Shown: positions 1 to 16,432 of the stretch, piece after piece
Layout: every line of letters begins with the position of its first letter
Position numbering within the stretch: position 1 is the first letter of the stretch
NCBI GenBank assembly: GCA_951406725.2
Contig: OX597815.1
Span: 193,688,001-193,752,000, forward strand
Length of the DNA: 64,000 nucleotides
Direction: 5' to 3'
From: Octopus vulgaris
Taxonomy: Eukaryota
Position numbers and translations under genes: made by a program
The notes under the pieces: generated by a model
Told to the model about the DNA's origin: nothing
Database searches by the model: none
What the model saw: the letters and a program-made list of their open reading frames with translations, nothing else

Positions 1-77
1 TTCCAGCTGGCAACCGACAAATGATCGGTGTCCGTATATTTTGAGCAAGGGAGTTTATTGCTCACTTTCTAGCCTTA

Positions 78-137
78 GCGATACTTGTAGACCAATGGTT
101 TCTGGGTTATTTTCCTTCTTCAGTACAGGACAATCGC
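78..137 (-). ncRNA. Hammerhead-ribozyme-like motif (type I, weak stem II) in a Penelope-type repeat end
   Basis: Minus strand reads gcgat-tgtcc-tgta CTGAAGA aggaaaataaccca GAAA ccattg GTC taca-agt-atcgc. Core CUGANGA, GAAA and GUC present; stem I tgta/taca plus distal gcgat/atcgc; near-palindromic stem III. Confidence 0.5.
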
Positions 138-248
138 CGGCTAGAGGTGGCAGCCACTTGATATTGCTCATAGTATATACTTTTAAAGCGACACACAGTC
201 GCTGATCCCGTAAAGAGAAAAGCAACTAGCTTTAAATCTCTGAGCGAG

Positions 249-308
<60 letters not shown>

Positions 309-312
<4 letters not shown>

Positions 313-557
313 TTTGATACTTTGATACTTTGATAGGTTTCGGCCATTATTGGCCCAGGCCATGTCTAACTTAATAGCACCACCTGGTGAAGTCTTTCAA
401 GTCAGAATTTGGGCACTATGGCCCACTCAAGTAGAGAGTTATTGTTTACAGAGACTCATCCGGGTGTAGGGGGTTTATCCGGGATTTCTTGAAGTAATCT
501 GTCCAAATACTTTTTGAACCCTATAGGGTCAGTTTCTGTTTTAATGTGTTTTGGTGT
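309..557 (-). mobile_element. CR1-clade LINE 3' fragment (family 1) within (TA)n
   Basis: Nearly identical to 1018-1260; encodes ...[26 protein letters not shown]; ends in (CAAAGTAT)n tail on -. Confidence 0.85.
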
Positions 558-629
558 GTATATATATATATACATACATACATGTGTATATATATATATA
601 TATATACATACATACATACATATATATAT

Positions 630-690
<61 letters not shown>

Positions 691-693
<3 letters not shown>

Positions 694-960
694 CGTGTTG
701 TGTTCTTGAGCAAAGCACTTTATTTCACGTTGCTCCAGTTCACTCAGCTGTAGAAATGAGTTGCGACGTCACTGGTGCCAAGCTGTATCGACCTTTGTCT
801 TTCCCTTGGATAACACTGGTGGCGTGGAGAGGGGAGGCCGGTATGCATGGGCGATGCTGGTCTTCCATAAAAACAACCTTGCCAAGACTTGTGCCTCAGA
901 GGGTAACTCTCTAGGTGCAAACCCATGGTCACTCATGACCGAAGGGGGTCTTTACCCCTT
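691..960 (+). mobile_element. 5'-truncated tRNA/CORE-type SINE
   Basis: gtgttcttgagcaaagcactttatttcacgttgctccagttcactcagctg core shared with copies at 8706, 40498 and 47420. Confidence 0.7.
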
Positions 961-1017
961 TATATATATATATATATATATATACATACATACATACATA
1001 TATATATATATACATAT

Positions 1018-2553
<1,536 letters not shown>

Positions 2554-3394
2554 GCTTGTTATTCAGTAATTTATTTGAAGTACGTATTGCTTTAATATAT
2601 TATATAATTTAATTGACGTTTAATGTCACTTGTTTGTTTCGTTGGTAATTTCTTACTGAGTGCCTAACATGCAATTCACTTTACTAATTGTATTTCAGTA
2701 CACTCCGAAATGCTATGAATTTCTTTCGTTGACTTGTGCAAAATGCCATTTAGTTAGCGTACATTTAAGCAAAAAGAAATGTATAAAAACTGATAGTCGA
2801 CAATGGAAAACCTATTTTGACATTAACACTTGATAAAAATAAACCATGTTTATTAGTAGCAGATTACAAATATCATGTGAAATTAGTTTTTTTATAGAAA
2901 ATCATATTGTTTAGTCATGGCTTTATTTCTGTATGCGTTCCAGTCCAAAGGCTGTGACCAAGTTAGGGCTCCACCGTTTTCATTTGCTTTTCAATGACCA
3001 GTTCCATATGAGTGGCTTTTGTTGAATGGGAGAACTTGATATTGCTTCCCTCATTTTGAGTTTCTAACCATGTTGTAGAGTTTTCCGAGATCTTTGGTAG
3101 CAGATGGTCAAAGTGTCTCTTCAAAACATCTACTTTCACTTCGTGTAGAGCCCACAGTGTTTTTGTCATGATATTAAACTGTTGGGCTCTTGAAAAAAAA
3201 TAACAGTCATTTGCAGTATCTGCATGTTTACTATATTCAAATGGAAATTCAGGTTAAAATCTTCAAATAAAGGAAATGGCGATTTAAATTAATTACATAC
3301 TGAAATCATTTACAAGTATATATTAATTACATGCTGAAAGGCGGCAAGCTGGCAGAAACGTTAGCACGCCGGGCGAAATGCTTCGCCGTATTTC

Positions 3395-3734
3395 AATCTG
3401 TTTTAGGGTTAGGGTTAGGGTTAGTTAGGGTTAGGGGTGGGGGGAAGGGTTTCTTTTTTTCTTCACAAATGTAAATAAACCCAATCCGTTTCTTAAACGA
3501 GGGACATATTAATACAGCACAGAATGCTTTTTAGCTCAATAGACGTCAGTGATTGGTTGAAATTTCAGAAATTGAAGAAAAAAACAGCGAATATCTTACA
3601 AACTATAGAATTTTCTCAATAAAGCCAAGAGAAAAAGATGTTTTATAAACACATTCTACCAGTATACGAAGTTTAAAATTTTTTAGTTACCTAGAAATTA
3701 TGTTAAAAACTGCCGTTCAAACCGAAAAGATCCC
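3395..3734 (+). mobile_element. MITE (left end lost) with internal TTAGGG repeats
   Basis: Same family as 15939-16378; right TIR aaaaactgccgttcaaaccgaaaagatcc. Confidence 0.75.
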
Positions 3735-4250
3735 ATTTAATTACTAGTTCTTTTGAACCAAATTAAAAAGGAGATTACAAAACGCATGCATGTTGACATT
3801 TTAATGGACGAAATTACCGTTTCATCTGCGCTGTGTTGATAGAAATGGACAAACTTGTGATAGGCTCCTTAAATTTACTGACCTTAGTGAAAGTAAATGA
3901 AGTCAACCTATTTCGTGTTTAGCTATAAGAGATTTTGATGAGTTAAGCTGTTTAAAGATATTAATTACTAAAAATATGATGGGGTTACTGCTGTGTCAAG
4001 TTCTTTTTTAAATGGTGTTCAAGCAAAGGTTTGAGTGTGAGTGAGAAAGGGTACCAGAGGTTGTTTTGCTACACAATGACGCTTATAAGCTCATCCTTGT
4101 TTTAACTGAAACCGTATCACACACGTTTCTGTATGCAATACATTTTTCTCTCGGGTCTTTCCTTGTTCCTATTCAGAACTGCAAATACACCATAGAGCAT
4201 ACAATTGAACACGAAGAGGAGGGTGGAGATTTATTCCCATCCAAAGCTTT

Positions 4251-4650
4251 TAGGCGCAGGAGTGGCTGTGTGGTAGGTAGCCTGCCTACAAACCACATGG
4301 TTCCGGGTTCAGCCTCACTGCGTGGCACCTTCGGCAAGTGTCTTCTACTATAGCCTCGGGCCGACCAAAGCCTTATGAGTGGATTTGGTAGACGGAAACT
4401 GAAAGAAGCCCGTCGTATATATATATGTATGTATGTGTTTGTGTGTGTGTCTGTATTTTTCCCCCCAACATCGCCTGACAACCGATGCCGGGGGTGTTTA
4501 CGTCCCCGTGACTTAGCGGTTCGGTAAAAGAGACCGATAGAGTAAGTACTAGGCTTACGAAGAATAAGTCCTGGGGTCGATTTGCTCGACTAAAGGCGGT
4601 GCTCCAGCATGGCCACAGTCACATGACTGAAACAAGTAAAACGAGAGAGT
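4251..4650 (+). mobile_element. tRNA-derived SINE, family A
   Basis: aggcgcaggagtggctgtgtgg head, internal TA/TG microsatellite, ...ccagcatggcc...caagtaaaa tail; more than 10 copies in the window. Confidence 0.85.
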
Positions 4651-4734
4651 AATATAACAATGACCAGTTATATATGTTATGTATGCTGCAGAAAACGTTT
4701 TTGATGTGAATAAACCTCCACTTACCTCTTCGTT

Positions 4735-5070
4735 TTCAGTTGCCTGAGGGCGTGATTGTGCTGGCAATGTTATATGGTGCAGATACGTGGGGGCTGAGAG
4801 AGGCGAAAAGGAGGCAACTAGATGTGTTTGAGATGAGGTGTCTGAGGGCGATAGATGATGTGACACGGATGTACAGAATAAGGAATGAGGAGGTGCGAAG
4901 GCGAGCAGAAATGAGATAAAAACTAACAACCAAAATGGATAGAGGAATGTTTGGCCACATGGAGAGGATGGATGAGGAGCGTATAGTAAGGAGAGTGATG
5001 AAGGCAGAAGTGATAGGCAACAGAACCAGGAGCAGACTTTGTTGGTTTGAGATGTTGGAGTGAGAGAGGC
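4735..5070 (+). mobile_element. RTE-clade LINE RT/thumb remnant
   Basis: Translates to MLYGADTWGL..LDVFEMRCLRAI..RIRNEEVR..FGHMERMDEERIVRRVM with a stop and an indel. Confidence 0.8.
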
Positions 5071-5077
5071 ACGGGAG

Positions 5078-5495
5078 TTTACTCTTTACTCTTTTACTCT
5101 TTCACTTGTTTCAGTTATTTGACTGCGTGCGACCATGCTGGAGCACCGCCTTTAGTCGAGCAAATCGACCCCGGGACTTATTCTTTGTAAGCCCAGTACT
5201 TATTCTATCGATCTCTTTTGCCGAACCGCTAAGAGACGGGGACGTAAACACACCAGCATCGGTTGTCAAGCAATGCTAGGGGGACAAACACAGACACACA
5301 AACACACATACATATATATATATACATATATACGACAGGCCTCTTTCAGTTTCCGTCTGCCAAATCCACTCACAAGGCATTGGTCGGCCCGGGGCTATAG
5401 CAGAAGACACTTGTCCAAGATGCCACGCAGTGGGACTGAACCCGAAACCATGTGGTTGGTTAGCAAGCTACTTACCACACAGCCACTCCTGCGCC
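5078..5495 (-). mobile_element. tRNA-derived SINE, family A
   Basis: Reverse-complement match to 16867-17290. Confidence 0.85.
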
Positions 5496-5780
5496 TTTAT
5501 ACATTATAGAAATTGCTTATACATTATAGAAAAGCTTGGAGAGTGTTTGTGGACGGATGAGTGAATTTGATGTTGTTCAAAGGCGTACAGAACCAGCATG
5601 ATGCGGCGGGAGTAAACAAGCGTATGCTGTCGGGACCCGCTGCTGATGTTGGGGGATGTGCTCGATGCCTTGACCCGAGCATAGAACGGAGCTCGCCTCT
5701 TTGAGCTGGGAAATGAATGGAATGCCTGGTGTGTGTCTTGTTGGGGCTACCCACTCCAAAAAAAATGAGGAATAGGCCAG

Positions 5781-5837
<57 letters not shown>

Positions 5838-6012
5838 ACAAATACCACGTGCACACATGCATGTATTTATTTATATGTAAAACAATAAAGAATCAATCAA
5901 GATAATTCAAATGAGAAGCAAATTTTTCTGTGCTTTTAAATTTCTCCAAGCATAGCAGGATTATGGCGTTACTTGTGAGTTTGTATATCACACACACACC
6001 GAAACATACATA

Positions 6013-6068
<56 letters not shown>

Positions 6069-6311
6069 TATTAGTGCGTTCCATTGTATTCAAAGCCTCA
6101 CCCAAAAAAAAAACAATGTTTCCTTATAAACACGCCTCCACCAACACCCACCCCCCAAAAAACATCTGTTTTATACAAATAAGCAAGATATCTGTATGTT
6201 CACAATTATATTTGATAATTTCGAAAGACGGACGAAAGCGATGATATGAAAAGTTCTTTCCAAAATTCTGACGACCTTTTCTCAATATTCAGTTCTGTAC
6301 ATCACACCTAA

Positions 6312-7823
<1,512 letters not shown>

Positions 7824-8705
7824 TGAGATGGATGAAACCCAACTAAATCTAAAAACCCAACATAAAATATTCTCACGACCTACTGGAGTAGCTTCCTTCT
7901 AAACATATTAATTATGCACAATGCACTTAAAGAGAAGTAATTACTAAAATTAGTCATTACTCATTTTGGCCCAATTTAGACTCTTTTCTTTTAACTTGAA
8001 GATTATGAAATTAGGTAGTTTGGGGGTAAAATTGATGTAGAATCAAACAGAAAAAAGAATATGGAGGGTTAAACCCCAAAAATTATCCAGACATTGGATC
8101 TTTTGGGTTTGACCGGCAGTTTTTTCTAGCGGTGTCTTACGAAATTGTCACCCATAATTATGACCCTAGTATCGATCTATTGCATTTAAATCTGTTTTAG
8201 GGTTACTCAACGCTACTCCGACTGCTACTCTTCTGCTCCTACTACTCGGTTTCTTTATTAGCCACAAGGGCCCAAATATAGAGGGGGGGACAAACAAGGA
8301 CAGACGGGACACCACAGAGAGGACAATATATAGAACGTATATGATGAGATGATTATACTATAATGGGGTCATGAATGGCTGCATGCGTCCCTCGTCACAT
8401 GCATTACCATTAATCTTTTTAAACTGTCCGTTATTATCATGTATTTACATAACAATTAATTATCGTCTACCATAGGCGCAGGAGTGGCTGTGTGGTAAGT
8501 AGCTTGCTAACCAGCCACATGGTTCCGGGTTCGGTCCCACTGCGTGGCATCTTGGGCAAGTGTCTTCTGCTATAGCCCAGGGGCGACCAATGCCTTGTGA
8601 GTGGATTTGGTAGACGGAAACTGAAAGAAGCCCGTCGTATATAAAGTTGATTTTGCCCAGATGCACAAAATGGTCATAGTAATTTATATAAACTATTGAC
8701 TATTC

Positions 8706-8966
8706 AGGTGGAGGTGCGTGGCTTAGTGGTTAGGGTGTCAGCACCATGATCGTAAGATTGTGGTTTCGATTCCTGGACCGGGTGATGCGTTGTGTTCGTG
8801 AGCAAAACACTTCATTTCACGTTGCTCCAGTTCACTCAGCTGGCAAAAATGAGTAACGCTGCGATGGACTGGCGTCCCGTCCAGCTGGGGAACACATACG
8901 CCATAGAAACCAGGAAACCGAGCCCATGAGCCTGGCTAGGCTTTAAAAGGGCGCATTTATTTTATT
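8706..8966 (+). mobile_element. tRNA/CORE-type SINE with 12-bp TSD
   Basis: A-box tggcttagtgg, B-box gtttcgattcc; TSD tattgactattc at 8694-8705 and 8967-8978. Confidence 0.85.
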
Positions 8967-9199
8967 TATTGACTATTCGGATAGCTGTCAAACATCCAGC
9001 ATCATGGTATGCGTCACAAATATTTAGTTTTTAACAAAATATAGTAAAAAATGTAAAAGTAAGACATTTACTTCCGATATTTCAAATGTTTTAAGTTTAA
9101 AACCTAGTCCGTTCTCATCCTTCAACAGCGAATAAAAAAAATACTAAGAAATTAGCTGGATTAACTCCAGTTCAGCATAATACTGTTCTATATTTTAGA

Positions 9200-9371
9200 G
9201 ATGAGGAATTATGTACATTATTTACATTTGACGGATATTTGCCCACCTCTTGTTTGTTGTTAACACAATGTTTCGGCTGATATACTCTCTAGACTTCATC
9301 AGGGGTCTTGGGGAAATTTCGAACCTGGGTTCTCATTCCTAAGGTATTTTTCGATGGTTTTGTTGTTGTTG

Positions 9372-9454
<83 letters not shown>

Positions 9455-9480
9455 TTTACTCAGGTCCACTACGTCATATG
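9200..9480 (-). mobile_element. Inverted, 5'-truncated copy of the tRNA/hammerhead element at 9485-10030
   Basis: 9200-9352 is the reverse complement of about 9890-10030, followed by (TTA)n; the hammerhead is degenerate in this copy. Confidence 0.8.
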
Positions 9481-9484
9481 CCCA

Positions 9485-10030
<546 letters not shown>

Positions 10031-10306
10031 CCAGTTTAGCATGTTTTCTGAAATTACGATGGTCATTAGGCACATCATACTCTTAATGAATTTTTCATAG
10101 CCTGGCAAAAAGAATTCTATCATAATCTTAAGTGCTTCAACTATTAAGGTAACCTTGAAGAGAAACTTATAAAAATATGTAAAGGTTCAGTTTTTACAAT
10201 ACTGCAATAGTGATGCTATTAATTAATCTTTATTTTTTATAAGAAGCAAATTTTCACTGGAAAAATTATACTCATCAACCAACGTATTAATTAAATTTAT
10301 GAAGAA

Positions 10307-10701
10307 CTAGTAGTATCGCCCGGCGTTGCTCGGGTTTGTAAGGGAAATAACTATATAAGCATTTTTAGAGCCGTAAAGTATAATAGCCATCTCAATATGG
10401 CTAACCACAAAGGGGGGTGTTACTGTAGCTTTTTACGTTCTGAGATTTAATAATAAATTTTTAGAGAGTTACTTCCCTTATATATGCCAAAAATGCATTA
10501 AAAATGGGAAAAATTGATGGTAAATTTTTTTTTAAATCGTAGACTCATCAAAGACGCGCACTAATACCCAGAAGGGCTCGATATGAATCACGACTATAAG
10601 ATATCCGGTTTTGGTTAAACTACACCGCAAAATGTGGGAGTAGTTAGGAATCTAAATCGTAGGAGACAGACAGCACACAACCTCTCTTTTATATATAAAG
10701 A
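10307..10701 (-). mobile_element. Non-autonomous Helitron
   Basis: On -: 5' TC start, subterminal hairpin cccgagcaacgccggg, 3' CTAG; sister copy at 50693-50995. Confidence 0.75.
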
Positions 10702-10747
10702 TGTACATTTTGAAACGTCATTCATGAAATCCATCATTTTTTTACAG

Positions 10748-10995
10748 ATGACAAAAAATCTAACGAGCCGGCGGCTGCTCCACCCGGATACGTTGAAAGC
10801 ACTGGGTATCCATCCCAACCTGGATATCCACCCCAACCTGGATATCCATCTCAACCTGGATATCCACCCCAACAGGGATATCCACCCCAACAGGGATATC
10901 CCCCACAAGCTGGATACCCCCCACAACCTGGTTACCCTTCAGCTTATCCAGTGCAACACCAACCACAAATGCAGCAACAACAACAAGCTGTTATT
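10748..10995 (+). CDS. CD225/dispanin gene A, Pro/Gln-rich N-terminal exon (phase 1 to phase 0)
   Basis: ttttacAG acceptor, GTAAGT donor; frame gives DKKSNEPAAAPPGYVEST(GYPxQx)7GYPSAYPVQHQPQMQQQQQAVI and splices in frame to 16433. The start codon must be in an unidentified upstream exon. Confidence 0.85.
10804..10947 (+). repeat. Coding 18-bp tandem repeat (GYPPQP-type hexapeptide, about 8 units)
   Basis: GGATATCCACCCCAACCT-like units in the exon frame. Confidence 0.9.
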
Positions 10996-11149
10996 GTAAG
11001 TAAATATTTTTCTTTTCATTTCAATTTTTAGTGTTCTACACCGATATATCCTAAACTGAGATCTTATATTTAGCTGATTTTTATACTGCATATGCACACT
11101 TTAATGGTATCACATTCCTTTATGGTATCACATGGAGCCTGGGTGTTTA

Positions 11150-11182
<33 letters not shown>

Positions 11183-11281
11183 TTATCAATATAGGGTAGC
11201 AAAAAATTCAGTAGAAATTATTTGCCACCAGCGGCCTAGTGGGAAAAAAGTAAATAGTCAGAGACTATTAATAAATTCGAC

Positions 11282-11723
11282 AGCAAAATTTAGGAACGAC
11301 CATAATAGGCCGTTCATCCCGCTAGAAATAGCAGCCAAGGCTTTAACCGCAAAAAAGGTATTAATTCCGTAAACCAGGAGAAAATTTAAAAAACATTTAC
11401 CCTGTAATACTTTATACAATGCATCGTTTCTTTTGTTTTTTAATGGTAAATCAGCCTGATTAAATTAAATCAAGCTAATCTTCCATAGGCCAACAAATTC
11501 ATCAGTAAAGTAAGCCAGAATGGACCGATATTTTCACGAGGCAGCACCAACTACTGTCTCGGCAATATCTGACCTAAAATTTTCAAATCATCGTACTCGC
11601 GCCAAATTTATCGGCAGCAAATATACGCTGCCGATTACGGAATTAATACCTTTTTTGCGGTTAAAGCCTTGGCTGCTATTTCTAGCGGGATGAACGGCCT
11701 ATTATGGTCGTTCCTAAATTTTG

Positions 11724-11725
<2 letters not shown>
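11282..11725. repeat. Perfect 91-bp inverted repeat inside a (TA)n-flanked element
   Basis: 11282-11372 is the exact reverse complement of 11635-11725. Confidence 0.9.
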
Positions 11726-11774
<49 letters not shown>

Positions 11775-12037
11775 ATAGAAATATGTTAAAAAAAGAAAAT
11801 AGAAACTGCACGTGGTAATGTGAGGAGAAAGAAAGAAAAATCAACGAAAATACACATTGTAAATAAAAAAAAAGTAAAGGCTTTTTACGAAAAGTAACGA
11901 AAGATATATACAATTGGATGAACTGAGGTAGGAATAAAAGTAATAAAAGTCATTATTGTGAGATTATTAAAGAGATTCGAGCATACCGACGGTTTCGTAA
12001 GTTACTATTCTTTGCTTTGAATGAATTTTCTTCACGC

Positions 12038-12105
<68 letters not shown>

Positions 12106-12301
12106 AGGCGAGAAGAAAATGGGGGACAAATATCAAACAGAAGTGTGTCTTTTGCGCTAGTAAGCTATTATTTAATTCGTAAATAAAGGTGAGAGTGAGA
12201 GTGAAGTTGTTTACGATCGTTTCTGTTTACCATGGTGAGGAAAAAGAAGTGCATTTGGATATATCTATCCCTTTGTGGCTTTAAACATCTCTAACTTATA
12301 C

Positions 12302-12355
<54 letters not shown>

Positions 12356-12899
12356 TTGGTTGATGAGAGATAGACGATGGAAGATACGAGAATTTTTATT
12401 AATCGCTGCAATTCTTTCGACCCATCTAGCATTGATCCCTCACGAGCGGAATACTTAACAACTGGATGAAGAACATCCGACGATGTTGATGTGGCTCTTC
12501 GGGTGATAAATAGATATAATTCGTTAAAATAACATTTTCGCAATGTATCTTCTCAGTTCATGTAAAGCAAAGCAGCAGATTAAAGGATATAGCTTCATTT
12601 ATATTGAAGATCAATGATAAAAAAATAACAGATGCAAAAATGAAACGAACACGCAATACAGCGATAAAAGTATTAAATATAACCGTTAACAGATATGGAT
12701 ATATAAACGCCCTCGTGTAGGTTGTACGGCACATGCACACTCGCTCATACAAGTATCCACGAAGATGTAAGCTTACGCACACGTATAGCTTGGCGCACAT
12801 ACGTTCACATAGCGAATTAAATAGCTACTTTACAAGAATGAGGAAGTTAGAGCTAAAGTTAATTCATTCATATCTTAAGGTGAATTATGATAAGCAATT

Positions 12900-13400
12900 A
12901 GGTTAACGGTTACTCAAATTCATTTCCACTGCATTGTGCGAAAGTGCATTTATATGCATGTAAGCATCTTGAGAGTCTTTCAGAAATTCTGAAAATGATC
13001 TCATTAGTCCACAGAATAGACAGGGATTCCTCGGAGCAGTGTCGGCACCTCCTGGAAACGATAATATATGGTTTTTGTGTGCCTTACTATGGATCCAAAT
13101 TATACTTAATTTTATCTCCCTGAAGTTGCCACACAAAATCAGACAAAGATGTTGAATGTCTCTTATTGATTTTCTTGAAACTGGCGACATGGTTGCAATA
13201 ACGATTCTTGAATGAATCAGCCGTTGCTCTAATGTAAAAATATGGCCCTCCCCTTGTGTGTACAGTACATTTATATACAAGATTTGTACTCATACAGAGG
13301 TTCATCAATGGGCATCTTGATTTTTCTCAGCATGCGCTTTTATTATAGTTATTTGTATATATGGCTGTTCTGACTTCATTTTCTGACGTATATATGAAAG
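12900..13400 (-). mobile_element. Penelope-like element GIY-YIG endonuclease remnant
   Basis: CPL..C..TNLVYKC..FYI..T..SFKNRYCNH..SF..STSLSDFVWQL pattern, frameshifted. Confidence 0.7.
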
Positions 13401-14024
13401 TTCTTAGAGGATAATTTAATGAGGGTGACAGGCCAAATCTATGTCTGGAGCAAAGTTTCTGCGACACCAATGTGACGTGGTAGTGGAACAATGAGATCAT
13501 AAATAACAGAAGAGACAGACTTAGAAATAGTGTAAAAGTAGAGGTAACAAAGAACTATATCATGTAGCTAGAAAGAAAGCCACGCAATAGGTTTGTCTAG
13601 CAAAAGCAGAAGCACAAAGGAAGAGATTTGCTAATGCCTTCTAACTTGAGGGCCAAAGACTAGACCTTGATGATGATGATCATCATCATCATGATGATCA
13701 TGATGATGATGATGATGATGATGACGACGACGACGTATGTGAGGGTGCATGTGTATGTGCACATGATAGGTTTCCTCACAGTTTCCATCAGACAATTCAA
13801 ATCAGAAGCTATTTGTCAACTGAAAACTATGGCAGAGCGGTAGCCTCGTGTTGATCAAGGTACCGTACAGTAGCTGTAGCCCATCTTTTATACCAAGACA
13901 AAACAATGCACATGATAACACTTCCAATCAGTTAAGATCAGGAGCCATGAGAGCCACTGTCTGGTACTTATTATTATTATCATTATCATTATTATTATTA
14001 TCATTATTATTATTATTATTATCA

Positions 14025-14094
<70 letters not shown>

Positions 14095-14102
14095 CATTAT
14101 TA

Positions 14103-14151
<49 letters not shown>

Positions 14152-14170
14152 TATTGATTATTATTATTAT

Positions 14171-14246
<76 letters not shown>

Positions 14247-14309
14247 ACTACTATTACTACGACTACTACTACTATTATTATTATTACATTATTATTATTA
14301 TCATTATCA

Positions 14310-14351
<42 letters not shown>

Positions 14352-14353
<2 letters not shown>

Positions 14354-14892
14354 GAGTGAGAGAGTAGTGCATGCCATCAAAGTGACACTGGGGTAAAATA
14401 TACGAAGCCCAGTATACCCATCATGACTACCCGTCTGATAAGGGTACACCAGGCACATGCATCACAACCATATGTGCGCGACATGGTGATCTCATATCAA
14501 GATAAACAGTACATGACCTTGCAGGTGGGGCCCAGTTATAATTTTCTTGTGGTCGAGTAGCCCATCCAACTCAAAAGGTCCCTGAATAAGGGTTGTTTAA
14601 GGATGTTTAACGAAACACCCATGTTTCCAGAGGTGAATTATTCAAACCCCAAAGAATTCCTCTCAACACATGGCTATGATGCTCCCCCACTACTTCTGCT
14701 CGTGGTCAGAGATCCACATATTGTCAGCCACTAAGGGACATGGTCAACTGGTTAAGGTCAAACAACTGACAAGCAAATCTGTGGTATTGAGCAGAATATT
14801 TGCTGTAACCCATCTTTTATACCAAGACAAAACATGTACATGATAACACTTCCAGTCAGTTGAGATCAGGAGCTATGAGAGGCACTGCCTAG
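14352..14892 (-). mobile_element. Repeat embedded in (TTA)n, probably the 3' region of an R4/Dong-like LINE
   Basis: Near-identical to 20296-20872; both abut TTA microsatellites; a partial copy lies at 13872-13968. Confidence 0.6.
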
Positions 14893-14909
14893 TTCTTCTT
14901 CTTCTTCTG

Positions 14910-14977
<68 letters not shown>

Positions 14978-15146
14978 CATTATTATTATCATTATTATTA
15001 TTATTTGTTTGACTTTTGGTTTACATTTGTACAAGTTGGCTCCAAGTCTCACCCAGAGACCTCACGAGACAACAAGTTGGAAGTTCATGTTAGTGTTATG
15101 CCTAGGGTGCCATATATTTGGTTTTGTACATAGTTATTATTATTAT

Positions 15147-15272
<126 letters not shown>

Positions 15273-15618
15273 AAAGGATGACCTAATGGTAAGGGTACTG
15301 CATTCACGGTCGCAAGATTGTGGGGTTTTTTTTTTTCAATTCGTAGACCGAGTAGTGTGTTGTGCAAAAACACGTCATCTTGAGCAAAAACACGTCATCT
15401 CACGTGACTCTGCTCTCACTTCGGCACCTGACACGCGACACACCGGGCACCTGTTGAGGCAACGTCGATTTGGCGGAGGAACGTATAGCTAACGTATAGC
15501 ATTATGTATTTATAACTACAAACAAATCAAACGTTCAGCAAAAAATCTAAAAACTCATACGTCGACTTCCGTCATCATCGTTGAAGTCGTCGTCATTGTC
15601 AGCGTCGTCTTTATCATA

Positions 15619-15880
15619 AAAATAAATAAATGCTGCCCTTTTAAAGCCTAGCCAGGCTCATGGGCCCGGTTTCCCGGGTTTCTATGGCGTACGTGTTCCC
15701 CGGCTGGACGGGACGCCAGTCCATCGCAGCGTTACTCATTTTTGCCAGCTGAGTGGACTGGAGCAACGTGAAATGAAGCGTTTTGCTCAAGAACACAACG
15801 CGTCGCCCGGTCCAGGAATCGAAACCACAATCTTACGATCATGATGCCGACACCCTAACCACTAAGCCATGCGCCTCCAC
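15619..15880 (-). mobile_element. tRNA/CORE-type SINE with 16-bp TSD
   Basis: Reverse complement of 8706-8966; TSD cgtcgtctttatcata at 15603-15618 and 15881-15896. Confidence 0.85.
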
Positions 15881-15938
15881 CGTCGTCTTTATCATATCTT
15901 CTAAAATTATCTTCATCATTATCGTCATCACCGACATC

Positions 15939-16378
15939 AGATCTTTTCGGTTTGAACGGCAGTTTTTTTCTAGCGGTGTCATATGAAATTGTCACCCATA
16001 ATTATGACCCTAGAATCGATCTATTGCATTTCAATCTCTTTTAGGGTCAGGGTTAGTTAGGGTTAGGGTTAGGGTTAGGAGTGGGGGAAGGGTATCTTTT
16101 TTTTTTTCACAAATGTAAATAAACCCAATCTGTTTCTTAAACGAGGGACATATTCATACGGCACAGAATGTCTTTTACTTCAATAGACGTCAGTGATTAG
16201 TTGAAATTGCAGAAATTGAAGAAAAACAACAACAAATATCTTACAAACTATAGAATTTTCGTAATAAAGCCAAGAGAAAAATATGTTTTATAAACACATT
16301 CTACCGGTATACGAAGTTTAAAATGTTTTAGTTACCTAGAAATTATGTTAAAAACTGCTGGTCAAACCGAAAAGATCC
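15939..16378 (+). mobile_element. MITE with about 30-bp TIRs and internal TTAGGG repeats
   Basis: TIRs gatcttttcggtttgaacggcagttttt / aaaaactgctggtcaaaccgaaaagatc; direct repeat ccgacatc(a) on both sides; partial copies at 3395 and 8096. Confidence 0.85.
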
Positions 16379-16432
16379 CCGACATCATCATCATTAGATG
16401 ATTTCATTGAATTTATTACCTTTTGTTTTCAG

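Noticed and set aside
3403-3436. Telomere or chromosome-fusion relic (TTAGGG)
   Set aside because: Short and degenerate, and internal to a multicopy MITE.
10634-10999. ORF with (LDIHPN)n repeat using the ATG at 10748
   Set aside because: Wrong frame; only the GYPPQ frame splices in phase to the CD225 exon and matches paralogue D.
11985-12470. Hammerhead-like remnants on - near 12000 and 12410-12450
   Set aside because: Core residues and stems are too degenerate to call.
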